DNA of 48,975 nucleotides from Nemertoderma westbladi (GCA_032718475.1 JAUCBJ010007617.1:1-48975), one strand, 5' to 3'. Shown: positions 35,809 through 48,975, numbered from the stretch's first letter. The notes: generated by a model from the sequence alone, not told the origin. A program made the numbers and translations.

Positions 35809-36579
35809 TGTCAGATTGTGGCCTTGAGATCAGAGATGTTGAGAATACTGCTGTACTGTACGAACTCTAATTCCTGAACTCTAAAATCAGACTGTCTCAG
35901 AATAGGCCTATAGGCTTAATACTGTAATTGTGTACCGGTAATAGGCCTACTGCAGTACAGCAGTACCTACTGAAGTAATAGGCCTGACTAAATGAGTTAG
36001 CCTAAATACCGGTACTCTGGTACTGCTGTACTGTCAGACTAAAATAGCTACAGAGAGAGAGAGAGATGGGTATAACTTTTGCGCAGAGGTATAGCCTACA
36101 TACCGGATGTTTCCAGTCAAAGAGGAATCGACCAACGGTTAGGGTTACCGCTCGTCATGGGGGTCTGAGCTGAGGATGAGTGGGTGTAGGTGGTTCAACA
36201 AAACGCTAACAATGATACCGGACTGAACCAGTGGCAAACGTAGTCTCTGATGTATTTATATCTAATGTATTAATTGTTAGTAACGCTGTTTGTCTTTGGT
36301 GTTTGGTTGCCTAATAGAGTTGGCTAAACGATCTTACTATAAAAAGCATCCAGCAGTCCAGCGCATAGAGCCATGCCACGAGATCGCCGTTCGGGTTCCG
36401 TGGTTATCATCAGCATATCCCGGCCACCACTTTCATTGATTTGGACTGCCCACATTTGAGAATCAATGCCGCCGATTGGATTTAGTGCAACTCCATGAAT
36501 TCTACCAGTTGTTTAAAAGTTTGGATTATAATGCTGTATGTCAGTATGTAGACTGATTAATAATACGGAATATATATTT

Positions 36580-37692
36580 GGGTCCTACTAAATACTACAA
36601 AAAGCACAAAACAAGCACAAAAAAGCACAAAAAAGTCAAGAAAAGCACAAAAAAACACAAAAAAGCACAAAAAAAGCACAAAAAAGTAAAAAAAAAGCAC
36701 AAAAAAAGTAAAAAAAAAGCACAAAAAAACATTCTCACATCAAGAGAGATGGGGGGGGGGGGGGGGGGCGAAAATATGAGAGATATTGTTACAGACACCC
36801 CCTTCCCCCCCTGACATATAAGATAAGTACGCATGAACTCCTAAACAACATTGCAAACAATCTGGCAGTTATAGAAATTTCAAAGTATACAGTCAGACAG
36901 TAGTGTTACAACAGCAGTGGTTAAACCCAGGCAGTAACTGTGTTTCCAACAGACGCAGATATCGTAACCAAGGCAGTTCCGACCTAAGCGAGATTCTTGC
37001 AAGTATGACTATGACTAATATCATCATACTTGTCCTCAGACGTTATCGATCGCCCACTCGAGAGCTTCGGGCAGACCGTGATGTGATATAATTGTACAGT
37101 ATGTCGATTTATCGGTGAATAAAGGCATTCCAATAATAGAATAATCGCGATTTCGGTCAACACTGACATATCCAGTTTACAAGCGCCTATGCTGCGTCGC
37201 TACATCGTTACAAGTAATTAACCAGAACGCTGATAAGTTGACATAATGTGACAAGACAATAACAAAGTCTACTACAGTATTATAAGTTCTATCCTGATAT
37301 TTGAATTGAACCATCTTTACATACTGACATTAGCCTGATATTGCACTAGGGTGCTCGTGGTAGGGCTGTACCTGTAAGTGCTAGTGCTGGACGCTGGTAC
37401 TCACTCACTGCCACTGGCAGCTATATGACATGAAAGCATACTGGACATGTGATTATCCTTCCGGTAGCCTAGACACTACAGCACTACATGATATTGCTTC
37501 TATCATCTGTTCTATTACAAGCTCAATAAACATCTATCAGTTTGCTTTTTTGTGCTTTTTTTTACTTTTTTGTGCTTTTTTTTACTTTTTTTGTGCTTTT
37601 TTGTGCTTTTTTTGTGCTTTTTTGTGCTTTTCTTGACTTTTTTGTGCTTTTTTGTGCTTGTTTTGTGCTTTTTGTAGTATTTAGTAGGACCC
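36580..37692. mobile_element. Non-autonomous Mutator-like/foldback element
   Basis: ~150-bp TIRs starting GGGTCCTACTAAATACTACAAAAAGCAC built from AAAAAGCACA units; 9-bp TSD TATATATTT (36571-36579, 37693-37701). Confidence 0.92.
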
Positions 37693-37765
37693 TATATATT
37701 TTATTTATAATATTTGTTTATTAAATTATGTCTTCAATATCTATATTGATAATATTCAATTACAG

Positions 37766-38215
37766 ACTAGAATTTCTAGGAAACTAGTTCGCAGGACTTA
37801 CCAGGCGAAGGGTCCTACCTTTCTCATGCACGTTGATGGGTGTGACAAATTAAAACCATTTGGATTTGCTGCTCATGGAGCAATAGACGGTTATTATAGT
37901 AGACGTATATTATGGCTTAAGTGTTCGAGTACTAATAACGACGACGACCCCTTTGTAGTGGCCGGTTACTTCCTATAAACAATAAAAGATATTGGCGGCG
38001 TCCCACATATAGTACGTACAGATCGTGGCACAAAGTGAACATAGGAATCATTCAGAAGTTCTGTAGGTTAAGAAGTACTGCAGGATGCGCATATATTCAG
38101 GGGAGGAGTTCGGGGAATCAAAGAATTGAGGTCTGGTGGTCCAAATTCCCAGTTTTGGGAATGTCGGAATGGTTAACACATTTTAACGTGTTAGAAATAA
38201 ACGGCATGTTATGCT
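37766..38215 (+). pseudogene. Integrase-core DDE transposase relic, IS3EU-like
   Basis: RRTYQAKGPTFLMHVDGCDKLKPFGFAAHGAIDGYYSRRILWL...NN...GVPHIVRTDRGT...GRSSGNQRIEVWWS; one stop and one frameshift. Confidence 0.8.
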
Positions 38216-38899
38216 TGGCTGCTTGGTACGATGACTGAATGATTGTTGGTTGTCAGGTCTGCAGGTTGTCAGTTGTTACTACTTACTGAGTGATACTTTT
38301 CCATTTTCACATAGTTCAGTAGTTGGCAGTTGCATCCTGCTGTCCTGCCTGCAGGTCTGCCTGCATCGCTGCATGGTACTGCCAGACTGCTACAGTCAGA
38401 CAGTACATAATAATACCGGACCGGTACATAGCTAGCTGGCTAGCCTGCTCGCTCTACTGATCAGTGATCACAGGATCAGTGTGCACGTGCAGTGACTGGA
38501 CAGGACAGACTGACAGGACAAAACCAAAACAGTATTCTGACAGTCTGACGGTATAAATAGTCCAGTACAGGTACAGCGTACAGGTCAGCAGGTAGGCTAC
38601 AGCAGTATGCCGTACAGCTGCAAGCTGTACAGCAGCAGTCAGTGTCAGATACTGAGATAGAAGGATACTGGCAACTGGGATAGTTAGGCCCTACAGCCCT
38701 AAGCCATGCCTTTTTACAACAATGACCAGACAGCCAGATGGCAGTATTCAGGCTGTACTGGAAAAATATTAGGGCATACCTTCTGCAGTTGACAGTTAGT
38801 GACTTACTGACTTATAGCACTGATTGATCAAACCCAAGGATCCCAAGAATTCCGGGAGCCTGGCGGCTCCCGGAAAACCTTTAGTGGGGGAGGCCACTA

Positions 38900-41880
38900 T
38901 AACTAGAAATCCTTTGTTGGACTGTCTCGTATTTAACAGCCGTTCTTTAAAGAATAAATTGTCTGAGTTTGAATTTTTACTTAACAGTTCTAAATATGAC
39001 ATTATAGGTGTCACGGAGACTTGGCTCAACAATACAGTTACTGATAGTATGATTAATGGTACTTATCACAATTACCAAGTGTTTAGGAAGGATGGATCTA
39101 TCACTGGCAATGGCGGCGGTGTAGTTATTTTGGTGAAAAATTCAATAAAGTGTGTACGAGTGTGCATTCCCGAAATGTTTTCTAACTGTGAAATTATAGT
39201 AGTCGATTTAATTGGTAAGAGTCCCTCTCGTTTAATATGTGCTTATCGTACTACAGATGATATCTGGTCAAGTAGTAGTTATCTGGAATATAATAATTTG
39301 TTTTGCTCTTGTTTGTCTGAATTGTGCGATGTTAGCTATACCCTGCAATTGTTTTTGGAGATTTTAGTTTACCGGATTTTAACTGGTGCAATTTTACTTT
39401 TCCACATACTGGTATTTATGAGTCTTTTTCCAATGTGTTTTTAGAAGCTGGTTTGACCCAATATGTTGATAAACCTACACGCCAGGACCCTGACAATATT
39501 CTAGATTTAATTTTTTCCACTGATGACCTCTACATCAGTAATGTTAATGTAATTGAACCTTTCTCTAGTAGTGACCATAATAGTCTTACTTTCAATTTAC
39601 GCGGCAATGATGAAACCGATAGCACCAAATATTTTGGTTACTATGATTTTAAAGATGCCGATTATGTAAGTTTTTCATCGTATCTGAATTCATATGTTTG
39701 GCAGGATCAATTTAGTTCTTGTAGTACAGTGGATGATTATTGGGAAACCTTTGCATCTGTTTTAAAAAATGGGATAGAGCAGTTTGTGCCATTCAAACAG
39801 TTTAAGGATCGTAAAACTCCTCACCCCGATCATATTCTTAAACTGCAGCGTAAAAAGAAATTATTGTGGCGCCGCCGGCATACTGCCTCTGGCCGCCTTG
39901 AGTATAACAGATGTGTAAAGGAAATTTCCCGTGCTATTTACCGGTCTACCTGTGTACGTGAAAATCGCCTTCTTACATCCGGTTGCCCAGACGCTGTTTT
40001 TCGTTTTGTAAACACTAAACGTAAAATCAGTTCTGGTATTCCTCCTCTTAAGTATAATGGTGCTACTGTTATAGACGATGCTGCCAAGGCTCATATATTT
40101 TCAAACGTGCTGTCAGAGAATTATATACAGGATAATGGCAAAGTGCCCTCTTTCAATAGTAAAGTAAATGCTGGTGTTTCCAAGTCTGAGATAAATTTTA
40201 ACGTTGAGAAAGTTTTCTCTGTTCTTAACAATTTAAAGCCAAAGAGTAGCAATTCACCTGATAGTCTTCCCAGCATACTCTTCTATAAACTATCACATAC
40301 TTTAGCACTGCCATTATCGATTATATTTCAGTTATCATTTATTACTCATGCCTTACCATCGATTTGGTTGACCGCTAATATTGTTCCTATTTTTAAAAAG
40401 GGTAACGCTTCAGATCCTTACAATTATCGACCAGTTTCACTAACCTGTGTCGCATGTAAAATCATGGAAACTTGCATAAAAAATGAACTAGTTGATTATC
40501 TCATACAACACAAACTTATTACTAAGGCCCAACATGGCTTTTTGAAGCGTCGCTCTACTGGTACGCAATTATTAGAGTGTTTAAATGACTGGCGCAAATT
40601 GGCTGATAGAAAACGACCTCTGGACGCCATTTATATAGACTTCGCCAAAGCGTTCGACCGTGTGGTACATAGTAAATTAATATGTAAACTTGCTGGTTAC
40701 GGAATTGGAGGTGACCTTCTAGCTTGGTTGGAAGCTTTCCTTACTAATCGTACCCAGCGAGTTGTTGTAGGAAATTGTTTTTCTGCAGCCCATGACGTCC
40801 CCTCTGGTACTCCACAGGGTAGTGTTATTGGTCCTATTCTATTTGTCATTTTCATTAATGACTTACCGGATTTATTTAATGGTGCTACTTGTCAACTTTA
40901 TGCCGATGATGTAAAGTTATATGCCCCTTCATCTTCCCATTCACAGTTAGTAGCATGTTTAGATATTTTAGAGACTTGGGCCTCGAATTGGCAGCTCACA
41001 CTAGCTATTGATAAGTGTAAAGTAATGTACATTGGTGCATCCAATCCATATCTGCCGTATTGTCTATATGGTAAGGAATTAGAACATTTGACAAGTTGCA
41101 AGGATTTAGGAATTATTATGTGCCCTGATTTAAAATTTCAAGTATATTGTAGGGAACAATCGGCTAAGGCTTTTAAAATTATAAATATGATTTTTCGGTG
41201 TTTTCATACAGCAAATAAATCTGCACTTCTTACAGCCTATAGATCTTATGTCGGCCATTGGTGGAATACAACACCTCTGTCTGGTCGCCACATCTAATAT
41301 ATGCAATAGACATGATAGAGCGGGTGCAAAGATATTTTACACGCAGATTATTTGCTAGATGTAATTTTCCTTACATAAGTTATTTAGACAGATTACAAAG
41401 CCTTGGCCTTATGCCATTAGAAATTAGGCGCATTACTTTTGACCTGAGAATGGTGTATAAAATTGAAAGAAATTTAGTGGATTTGTCTTTTCATAGTTTT
41501 TTCACATACGCACCTAGACTAGGGCTTCGGGGGCATTCCCATAAGCTGTTTGTGTGCCAATCGCGGCTAAACATTTCCAAACACTCGTTTGCAAATAGAG
41601 TAGTGCCCATCTGGAACTCTCTTCCATCACATGTAGTAGATTCGGTATCAGTACAAGTTTTTACACGTAGATTATTAGGTGTCGATTTTTTGCAGTGGTG
41701 TCAATTTGACCGTTTTATGTAGTTTACTTAGAGAACGGTTTTATGTTTTATATTTTTATTTTCTCAAATGTAAATATAATGGCCCCTATAAGTGCCGAGT
41801 GCCTAGGTGGTCTTCCCCCTCTTATAATTACTTTTAATTTTAAATACGTAATTAACATCGTGCAACTAAATAAATGTATA
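38900..41880 (+). mobile_element. CR1-group LINE ORF2 (AP endonuclease plus RT) with two frameshifts and 3' UTR
   Basis: FNSRSL, IGVTETWL, LDLIF..SDH, NYRPVSLT, QHGF, IDFAKAFD, GTPQGS, YADD, KDLGI, RGHSHKL, NRVVPIWNSLP; shifts near 39350 and 41255. Confidence 0.93.
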
Positions 41881-42167
41881 ACGTTTTATTGTCAACTACA
41901 GTATATTCCGGTATTGTCCACTTAAATCTAATTTTAATTGAAATTAATTACAGAGTGTATGAAACTGAAAACTGAATATCTAATTTAACATGGTGCAACA
42001 AAATAAATGTATATCGTTTTTATTGTCAACTATACAGTACCGGTGATGTAATAATGTTCAATACCCGTTTTATAACATTTAATTTAAATTTACTATTCTA
42101 TGTTGCAGTGCCTCATTGTGGTTCATTTTATATCTGATGATTTTAATTGAAGTTAATTAAAGAGTGT

Positions 42168-42805
42168 TGTTGACGCCTCGGTCTAAGTTTGTAAATGTTT
42201 TTGGGTTTGTAATATGATGACGGATATTAAGAAATATAAAATGAATGAGTTGATGATAATAAGACATAGTTTAATATTTTATAATAATAATTGACAATCG
42301 CACTCTCATTACACTCCTAATGTATATCATAATGCTACCTAATTGATAATAATATCCTATAAAAAAGCTACGATATTTTATACTACTATATTTTATTATA
42401 ATATGTTTCATGTGCCTATCACAGAAAGTTATATCCAATAGGATTTCATACACTGGGTGAAAAGTAAGGAACAGAAAATGATTGAGGATTCACATCAAAC
42501 TTATAACTCTCAATAACTACAGTAAGAAACTGGCTAAATTAATCGTGCATAGAGATAATGATTCCTGTCCTAAGGTAGACTAAAAATGTTGTACAGTAAG
42601 CAGCATTACAAATGACAGGTCATGATTGACATATTATGCATGCTGAGTCTACATGTGCTTCATGTTTACATATCGAATAATAATAAATAAAAAACGCATC
42701 TGAAATAACATGTGCCAAGGGGCAATTCATGCATGTCTTCTAATCTCGGGAAAATATGTCAAATAATTTTGGTGTTACATGGTCACAAACGTTCTACCGT
42801 TAACA
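42168..42805 (-). repeat. 3' LTR (638 bp, TGTT...AACA)
   Basis: First 159 bp match 48817-48975 with 2 mismatches; adjacent minus-strand polypurine tract GAGAGGGGTGG at ~42809-42819. Confidence 0.93.
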
Positions 42806-42817
42806 TAGCCACCCCTC

Positions 42818-45800
42818 TCAACCAGAGCCATTTCGGGCCCTTTCTAAAAGGCACAGCTTAACGGTAGGACGTATCAACGATTTGGAAGCAGCAGTACGGA
42901 TTTCAACCGTGCGTACTCTGCCATCCTTTCCAGGTAGAGCTCGTACGACTCTGGCTAATGGCCAGTGTCCTCTCGGTAAGTGCCCGTCAACTACCAGAAC
43001 GAGATCGCCGATAGCAAGATTACGACGTTCCCTATTCCAAATAGCTCTCACTGTTAATGTGGGTAGGTATTCCTTTTGGAAACGGTTCCAAAAGTGGTCG
43101 GTAAGCAGTTGGCATTGGCGCCAACGCTTACGTAGCAACATATCACCATCGTTGAATTCACCGGGTGATGCATTCTCATAACTTTGTCCAATAAGGAAGT
43201 GACTCGGCGACAATGCATTAAAGTCATCAATACTATCGCTGACTGGAGAAATAGGTCGCGAGTTGAGAATGGCTTCGATTTCTGTCAACACGGTATAGAG
43301 TGTATCATCATGGACACACTGTTTCATGATTGTGGCACGTAAAGATTGTTTCACTGTGCGCACCAAGCGTTCCCATGAACCACCAAAGTGTGGTGAAAGT
43401 GGTGGGATTCTTGTCCATGAGATATTGAGGTGCGCCAGGGTGCTACGTATCGCGCCGTGATCGATGGCATTGAGGGCTTCCCGCAGCTCTCTTTCGGCGG
43501 CAATAAAGTTGGTTCCGTTATCAGAATGAATAACAGATGGATATCCCCTTCGAGATATGAAACGACGAAGTGCCATAATAAAGGCATCTGCATTTAGATT
43601 ATAGGCAACTTCTAAATGAACCGCGCGAGTTGTCAAACAGGTAAATAAACATACCCAACGTTTTTCTCTGCATCTTCCTCTCTTAACTGCTATAGGTCCG
43701 AGATAATCTAGACCTGTCTCAAAAAAGGCCGGTTTCAGTACTGCCAATCGACAAGAGGGTAGGTCTGCCATATACGGAGGTGCAGCCCTTGCGTTGCTTC
43801 TACGGCACACTACACACTTGTCAATAACAGAACGAACTGCGGCTTTACCTCTGGTGATCCAGACGTTTTCCCTTAATGACGCCAATACATGATGTGGTCC
43901 TTGGTGGGCTAATTTGCTATGGGTTGACCAGATCATGATCTTCGAGAGAGCATCATTATGACTCAGTATTGCTGGGTGTTTAGTAGCAATTGGTAGATCT
44001 GAATTGCCCATGTAAAAGCTTTTGTGGGATAACTGATTCGTTTGCCTTGTTGGCCAGTTCCCCCCCAGTCGCTAAGAATATTCCTGCCTGATCCAATTCG
44101 GTGGCTGATGGGTCAGCCACCCCTAGTGGCATCGTCGGATGTTCCTTGCGCTGCCGGAAGCGCCGAACCCATCCTAAACATCTGGCTATGCACCCACATA
44201 ATCGATTCCAATTGGAGAATCGACTAAAGTCAATAAGTGTTGTTGTGTTACTTTCTACTATTGTAGCAGCAATAACTACAGATTTCTTAAGTTCACAGTC
44301 TTCGTTATGAACGGGCTCTGAACTGCTTTGTGAGGGCCAGCTTGCCTCAGGTTCCCACAGGAAATCTGGCCCTTGAAACCAGCGATCTGACATGGTTGCC
44401 GATGAAAGCGATAAACCTCGTGTCGGATCATCCGCTGGATTTTGTGAACTAGATATGTGATGCCATTGAGATACGTCACTGTGGTCATGTATCTCTGCTA
44501 CGCGGTTTGCTACGAATGGTGTGAATCTGCGAGATTCACTTCCAATGTACTGTAATGCCGTTTTAGAATCAGTCCAATAGAAACGCTGAGAAATTGGTAA
44601 TTCGATCTCTGATTGGATTAAATTCGCGACTCGAACACCCATTACACAGGCTTGGAGTTCCTTGCGAGGAACTGATATAGTGCGCAAGGGGGCTAGACGA
44701 GATTTTCCCATAATGAGGCAGCATTTAACTTGCCCATTTTCATCAACAGCTCTGAGATATCCATCCAAAAGCAACGTCAGAAGCATCACAAAATATATGA
44801 AGTTGGAGTGACGCAATGTATTGTTGAGAAGGAAAATAAACCCGAGGGAGTTTAATATTTTCTACGTAGGTGAGATCGTTTAACCACCTTAACCACACAC
44901 TCAGTAGCTCTGTTGGTATGAGATCGTCCCATCCAACTCCTATCCGCCACAACTCTTGTATGACTAATTTAGCTGGTAATATGAACGGCGTTAATAATCC
45001 CAATGGATCAAAAATTGAGCTAGTTATCAAAAGTATTTTTCTTTTAGTGAAATGGGAACTGTCTTTACTCGATGCGACAGTTGTGAATGAAATAACATCT
45101 TCATTCGCATCCCACTGAACACCAAGAGCACGTTGCGTGGGGAGTCCATCGCAATCTAAATTAACAATGGATCGTGTGAGTTCGGTAGAAGGTATCGAAG
45201 TAAGAACTTCACGTGAATTACTCACGAATTTAGTAAGGCGAAATCCCCTGTTGTTCAGCATAGCAATAAGTTGGCTTAACAATTTAATTGCTACGGTGGT
45301 CGAAGTCACAGACGTCAGTAAATCATCCGAATAAAAGTCTCGTATAACCGTAGCTACAGTTAGTGCATCAAATGAAGAAGCTTGATCGGTAGCAGCACGT
45401 CGCAATCCCGTGATTGCACATGTTTGAGAGGAAACAGCGCCAAAGATATGGCGAGTCATCTCATAAACATTTGGCGGGTCGACTCTATTGTCTCCTCGCC
45501 ATAGAAACCGCAAAGCGGGTCGGTCACTCTCTTGAACGCCCACTTGGTGATACATAGCCTCTATATCACCAATAATAGCAACTAAATGTTGACGAAATCT
45601 CAACAAAATTCCGATAAGGCTATTCAATAAGTCAGGTCCGGTCAATAACTGATCATTTAACGATGTGCCACTGTACTTTGCAGCGGCATCGAAAACTACT
45701 CTAAGTTTTCCAGGCTTGTTTGATTGGGTTACCCCATGGTGGGGTAAATACCAAGTTACTTTAGATGGAATCAGTGACTCCTCTTTTGTTAGCTTACGGG

Positions 45801-48721
45801 CAAACCCTTTGGATTCGTATCCATCTATTATTTCAGTATAGCGTTTAGCTAAATCATGGTCTTTGTCTAATTTCTTCTCAAGGGATAAAAGTCTATGAGT
45901 AGCCATGGGGGTGTTGTCTGGAAGACGTGGTGCATCACGTCTCCAGGGCAACCCCATCTCATAACGACCATCAACGAACTTGATCGTTCGTTCAATGATT
46001 TGTAAGGCTCTTGTGTCTTCGACTGATCGAGAAGCACAAGAATCATGAGTAGTACCAAATGCATCAGTACGCCAAAACATCTCGAGACGTTTGTCAAGTC
46101 TATCTGTTTCAGAAACAGTGGTCGTATAAACAACCAATTCGTCATTTTTAGACGTGGTAGTTTGAGATCTTCCTAAAAGATACCAGCCCAGTGCCGAACA
46201 GTGCGCTTGGGGTTGTCCTGATGCACCCACATGTCTTTCAGCAGTATTCAGAGCATCAGGTACATTGGCCCCAATAACTACTGCTACATCTGGTAGTTCA
46301 TTGCAGGATAAATCAAGGCCCTGCAAATATTCAAATTGACTATCATTGCTATCAAAGGCGAATGATCGGGATGGTGCATTCATTGAAGGAAGCACGTATG
46401 CTTCATCAACATAGAAAATTGTGTTATATGGATGATGCCCTGATATGGAAAAGTAAACACGCTTTCGTTTTTGGTCTCCACTTTTTCCAATCAGGCCGTT
46501 TAATTTTATACATTTAATTTCCCCATCTAAATTGAGTGCATCAGCGATATCCTTACGTATGAAGGAGGTCTCACTGCATGCAACAAGAAGGGCATGAGTA
46601 TTAAGAGTTTCACCGTTGGGAGAAATAATCTTAATAGGCACAGTAGGTAAAAACACAGATGTTTCGTTATTTGTTGTAGTATTACAACTTACGTGCTTGG
46701 AATCTTGCCTGTGTGATTTAAAATAGTCATGCAATAGCGTGTGGTGTCGCTGATTGCAGTTAGACACATGACAAGAATGAATTGATGAACATTTAGATGC
46801 GTGATGATTCTGTTTGAGACAGTTGGTGCAAAGAGCATTGTCTAACGCTACTTTCCCCTTATTATCGGGTGTCATGCCAATAAATTTTGAACACCTATAT
46901 ATTAAATGGGATCCATTGCAAACCAAACATATATCACTAATATGTCCTGATGTTTCATTGGGTAAGCCTTTTGATACCGTTGGTTTGAACTGAGATATGT
47001 AATTTTGCCGTGAATCTGGCTTTGTTGTTTTATTAGATTCAGTAATAACTGAAGAAGCGTAATTTGATATTAACGGCGCTGGCTGTCTGAATGGAACCGA
47101 TTTTTGAACAACATTGCGGGGGTATTTAGATTCGGTTTAGATTTGGCATTAGATGCTGAACTCCAATCCTCTATTGGCATAACTGAAGGTTCAAAAGTAA
47201 CCTTTACTCTTTGCCTCAGCCATTCTTCAAAATGTACCAAGGTCGGTTCTTCCCTTGGTCTGATACGCTGACAAGTTTCGCACCAACGTTCTCTTAAACG
47301 AAAAGGGAGTCTATTATATGCACCGCGTAATATATCCGCGTAATATAAACACTCTCTAAACGTCCCATACGTTTTAAGGTATGCACCCCTACGGTAACGG
47401 ATATTGAAAATGTTCTTAGAGCTGACTTATTGTCAGCAGGAACCATTGAGCCGGATGTTATTGAGGAGGTGAAGGCCCTCACGATTAGGCTAGGGTGTGC
47501 AAACTGCTCTTTGAGCATTTGCAGTGCAACCGCATATGCCTTCCCATCGGAACCTAAACCTTTTACCACCTCTCTAGCATCAGCACTCAAGTGGTTCAAT
47601 AGTTGTGCCATGCGCCGGTTATCATCATTATAAATTTTATTATGCACATGTGTGTAAAAATTACTTATAAAGTCCGGCCATTTTAAAGGATTTCCATCAA
47701 ATTTAATAATGGCAATGGGAGGTATTCCTCGATCCTCTTCCAATCGCAATAGCGACCTCTCTAATGAAGCATTAGGGGTGATTGTATGTAGAAATGTTTC
47801 TTCGTAAGGGATTAGTCTATCCACCCAGGCATCCACAGGCTCCTGGGGTGTATGAAATTGCTTGTTAACGAAACCAGGAAAATCGCTTATTTCATCTTTG
47901 TTCTCACTAGGAAACATAATCGGCGCGGGTTTGGGTATAAATACTGGCCGAGTAGGATCCAAAACAGGTTGATTGAATGTGGAAAGTTTAGGCCTATTAA
48001 CGTTAGATGCACTCACCAAAAGCGGATTTGTGGATGTGTCCATATGGGGTGCATTATAATTCATAAGTGGTGATATTTCAGCACCCGCTGTATTTTTTCG
48101 CATTACGGTATTGGCATGGCAATAACTAACCGATGTTGAAGTCGATGTGACAAGTTGATTTGGAAGAATTGAAGTCGGGTGTTGATTTAACTCGGGTTCT
48201 TGTATGGGTTCCTGTTGCAGGAGTACATTACCAGGTTCAGTTGATCCACGGGAAACCGGGTGGTCGGTAGAATGTACGGAGACTTCATCATCAAAGTCAT
48301 GAAGTCTTGTTTCGAGATTTTCATCACCCTCTTCGACGTCTTCTATTAGTAGCTTTGCCTCCAGGGCTTTCATTGCGGCTTCCTGGTCGGCTTCCAGAGT
48401 CTCAGCATTGGCCTCTACCGTCGCCTTTTCAACTCGCAGTTGGGCTCTCGCTCGAGCCTGATCCGCTGCTAGCTGGGAAAGACGTGCACTTCGTGCAGCA
48501 TGTCTTGCACGTGACGTGATCGTGCATGACGAAGCCGAGTGGGTTTGATGACTCGTTTGTGTTATGTGGCTTCCTAGGGCAGAAATTCCACGAGTAATGG
48601 GAGAATCCAGGGGTAACGATGCAGGTACGAGTTTCGGAGTAGGATCCTGTCCCGTTGAGATCCGTCTTTGAGAGGTTCGTCGCAGGGCAACTCGCCGGCT
48701 GATACCGCCAGGTTCACTCAT
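42818..48721 (-). pseudogene. BEL/Pao gag-pol polyprotein, broken by several frameshifts
   Basis: Gag FDGNPLKWPDF; three Cys/His knuckles; protease ALLVACS (catalytic D lost); RT YLPHH, RVVFDA, YSDD; RNase H FCDAS, WTDS; integrase HHCC, GLDYLGP, SDNGTNF, WERLV. Confidence 0.93.
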
Positions 48722-48791
48722 CTTGAAAGGGTGTTTCAGTAATTATTTGGGAACAAATCCCACAGAGTCATCGTAGTTAGTGGGTTGATGT

Positions 48792-48809
48792 ATCCGGTTC
48801 GAAGGACCA
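48792..48809 (-). promoter_or_regulatory. Primer binding site complementary to tRNA-Tyr 3' end
   Basis: TGGTCCTTCGAACCGGAT, 7 nt inside the 5' LTR. Confidence 0.85.
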
Positions 48810-48816
48810 ATAAATG

Positions 48817-48975
48817 TGTTGACGCCTCGGTCTAAGTTTGTAAATGTTTTTGGGTTCGTAATATGATGACGGATATTAAGAAATATAAAATGAATGAGTT
48901 GATGATAATAAGACATAGTTTAATATTTTATAATAATAATTGACGATCGCACTCTCATTACACTCCTAATGTATA
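48817..48975 (-). repeat. 5' LTR (partial)
   Basis: Direct repeat of 42168-42326. Confidence 0.93.

Larger units (their letters stand above)
42168..48975 (-). mobile_element. BEL/Pao LTR retrotransposon, near full length (5' LTR runs off the window)
   Basis: Two LTRs, PBS, PPT and gag-PR-RT-RH-IN order with Pao-type motifs. Confidence 0.96.

Noticed and set aside
35201-35827. 208-aa antisense ORF
   Set aside because: Shadow of VTI1A codon structure; similar shadows overlie the MAGUK, AMN and LINE ORFs.
36578-37724. Lys-rich and Phe-rich ORFs
   Set aside because: Translations of the AAAAAGCACA TIR repeats.
41860-42167. Direct repeats after the CR1 3' end as an LTR or TSD
   Set aside because: Diverged local ~130-200 bp duplication of AT-rich sequence without element hallmarks.

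Overview
AT-rich, transposon-dense genomic DNA from an intron-poor animal (probably an invertebrate; species not determinable). Three conserved host genes lie on the minus strand: an amnionless (AMN) orthologue (3 coding exons, 16517-13801), an MPP2/MPP6-type MAGUK p55 gene (3 coding exons, 28403-21932) and an intronless VTI1A (35808-35134). Two paralogous, unrecognised single-exon ORFs lie at 5500-5111 (-) and 30820-31275 (+). The rest is mostly mobile DNA: three pieces of one RTE-clade LINE, a CR1-type LINE, a near-complete BEL/Pao LTR element, an older BEL integrase relic, an IS3EU-like transposase relic, a tRNA-derived SINE, and non-autonomous DNA transposons with readable TIRs/TSDs (piggyBac, Merlin, hAT, MULE/foldback, Harbinger-like and unclassified). 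The most striking observation is a ~3.1 kb tandem array whose 41-bp unit is the last 13 codons plus stop of the MAGUK gene (ANSYQWVPVSWIY*), i.e. a satellite born from a conserved coding end. Also notable: a 28-bp minisatellite open in all three + frames, short TA-flanked motifs resembling transposon excision footprints clustered at gene 5' ends, tiny TSD-flanked retro-insertions, and a degenerate hammerhead-like motif. Coordinates were read by eye and may be off by a few bases; family assignments are from recalled motifs, not database searches.
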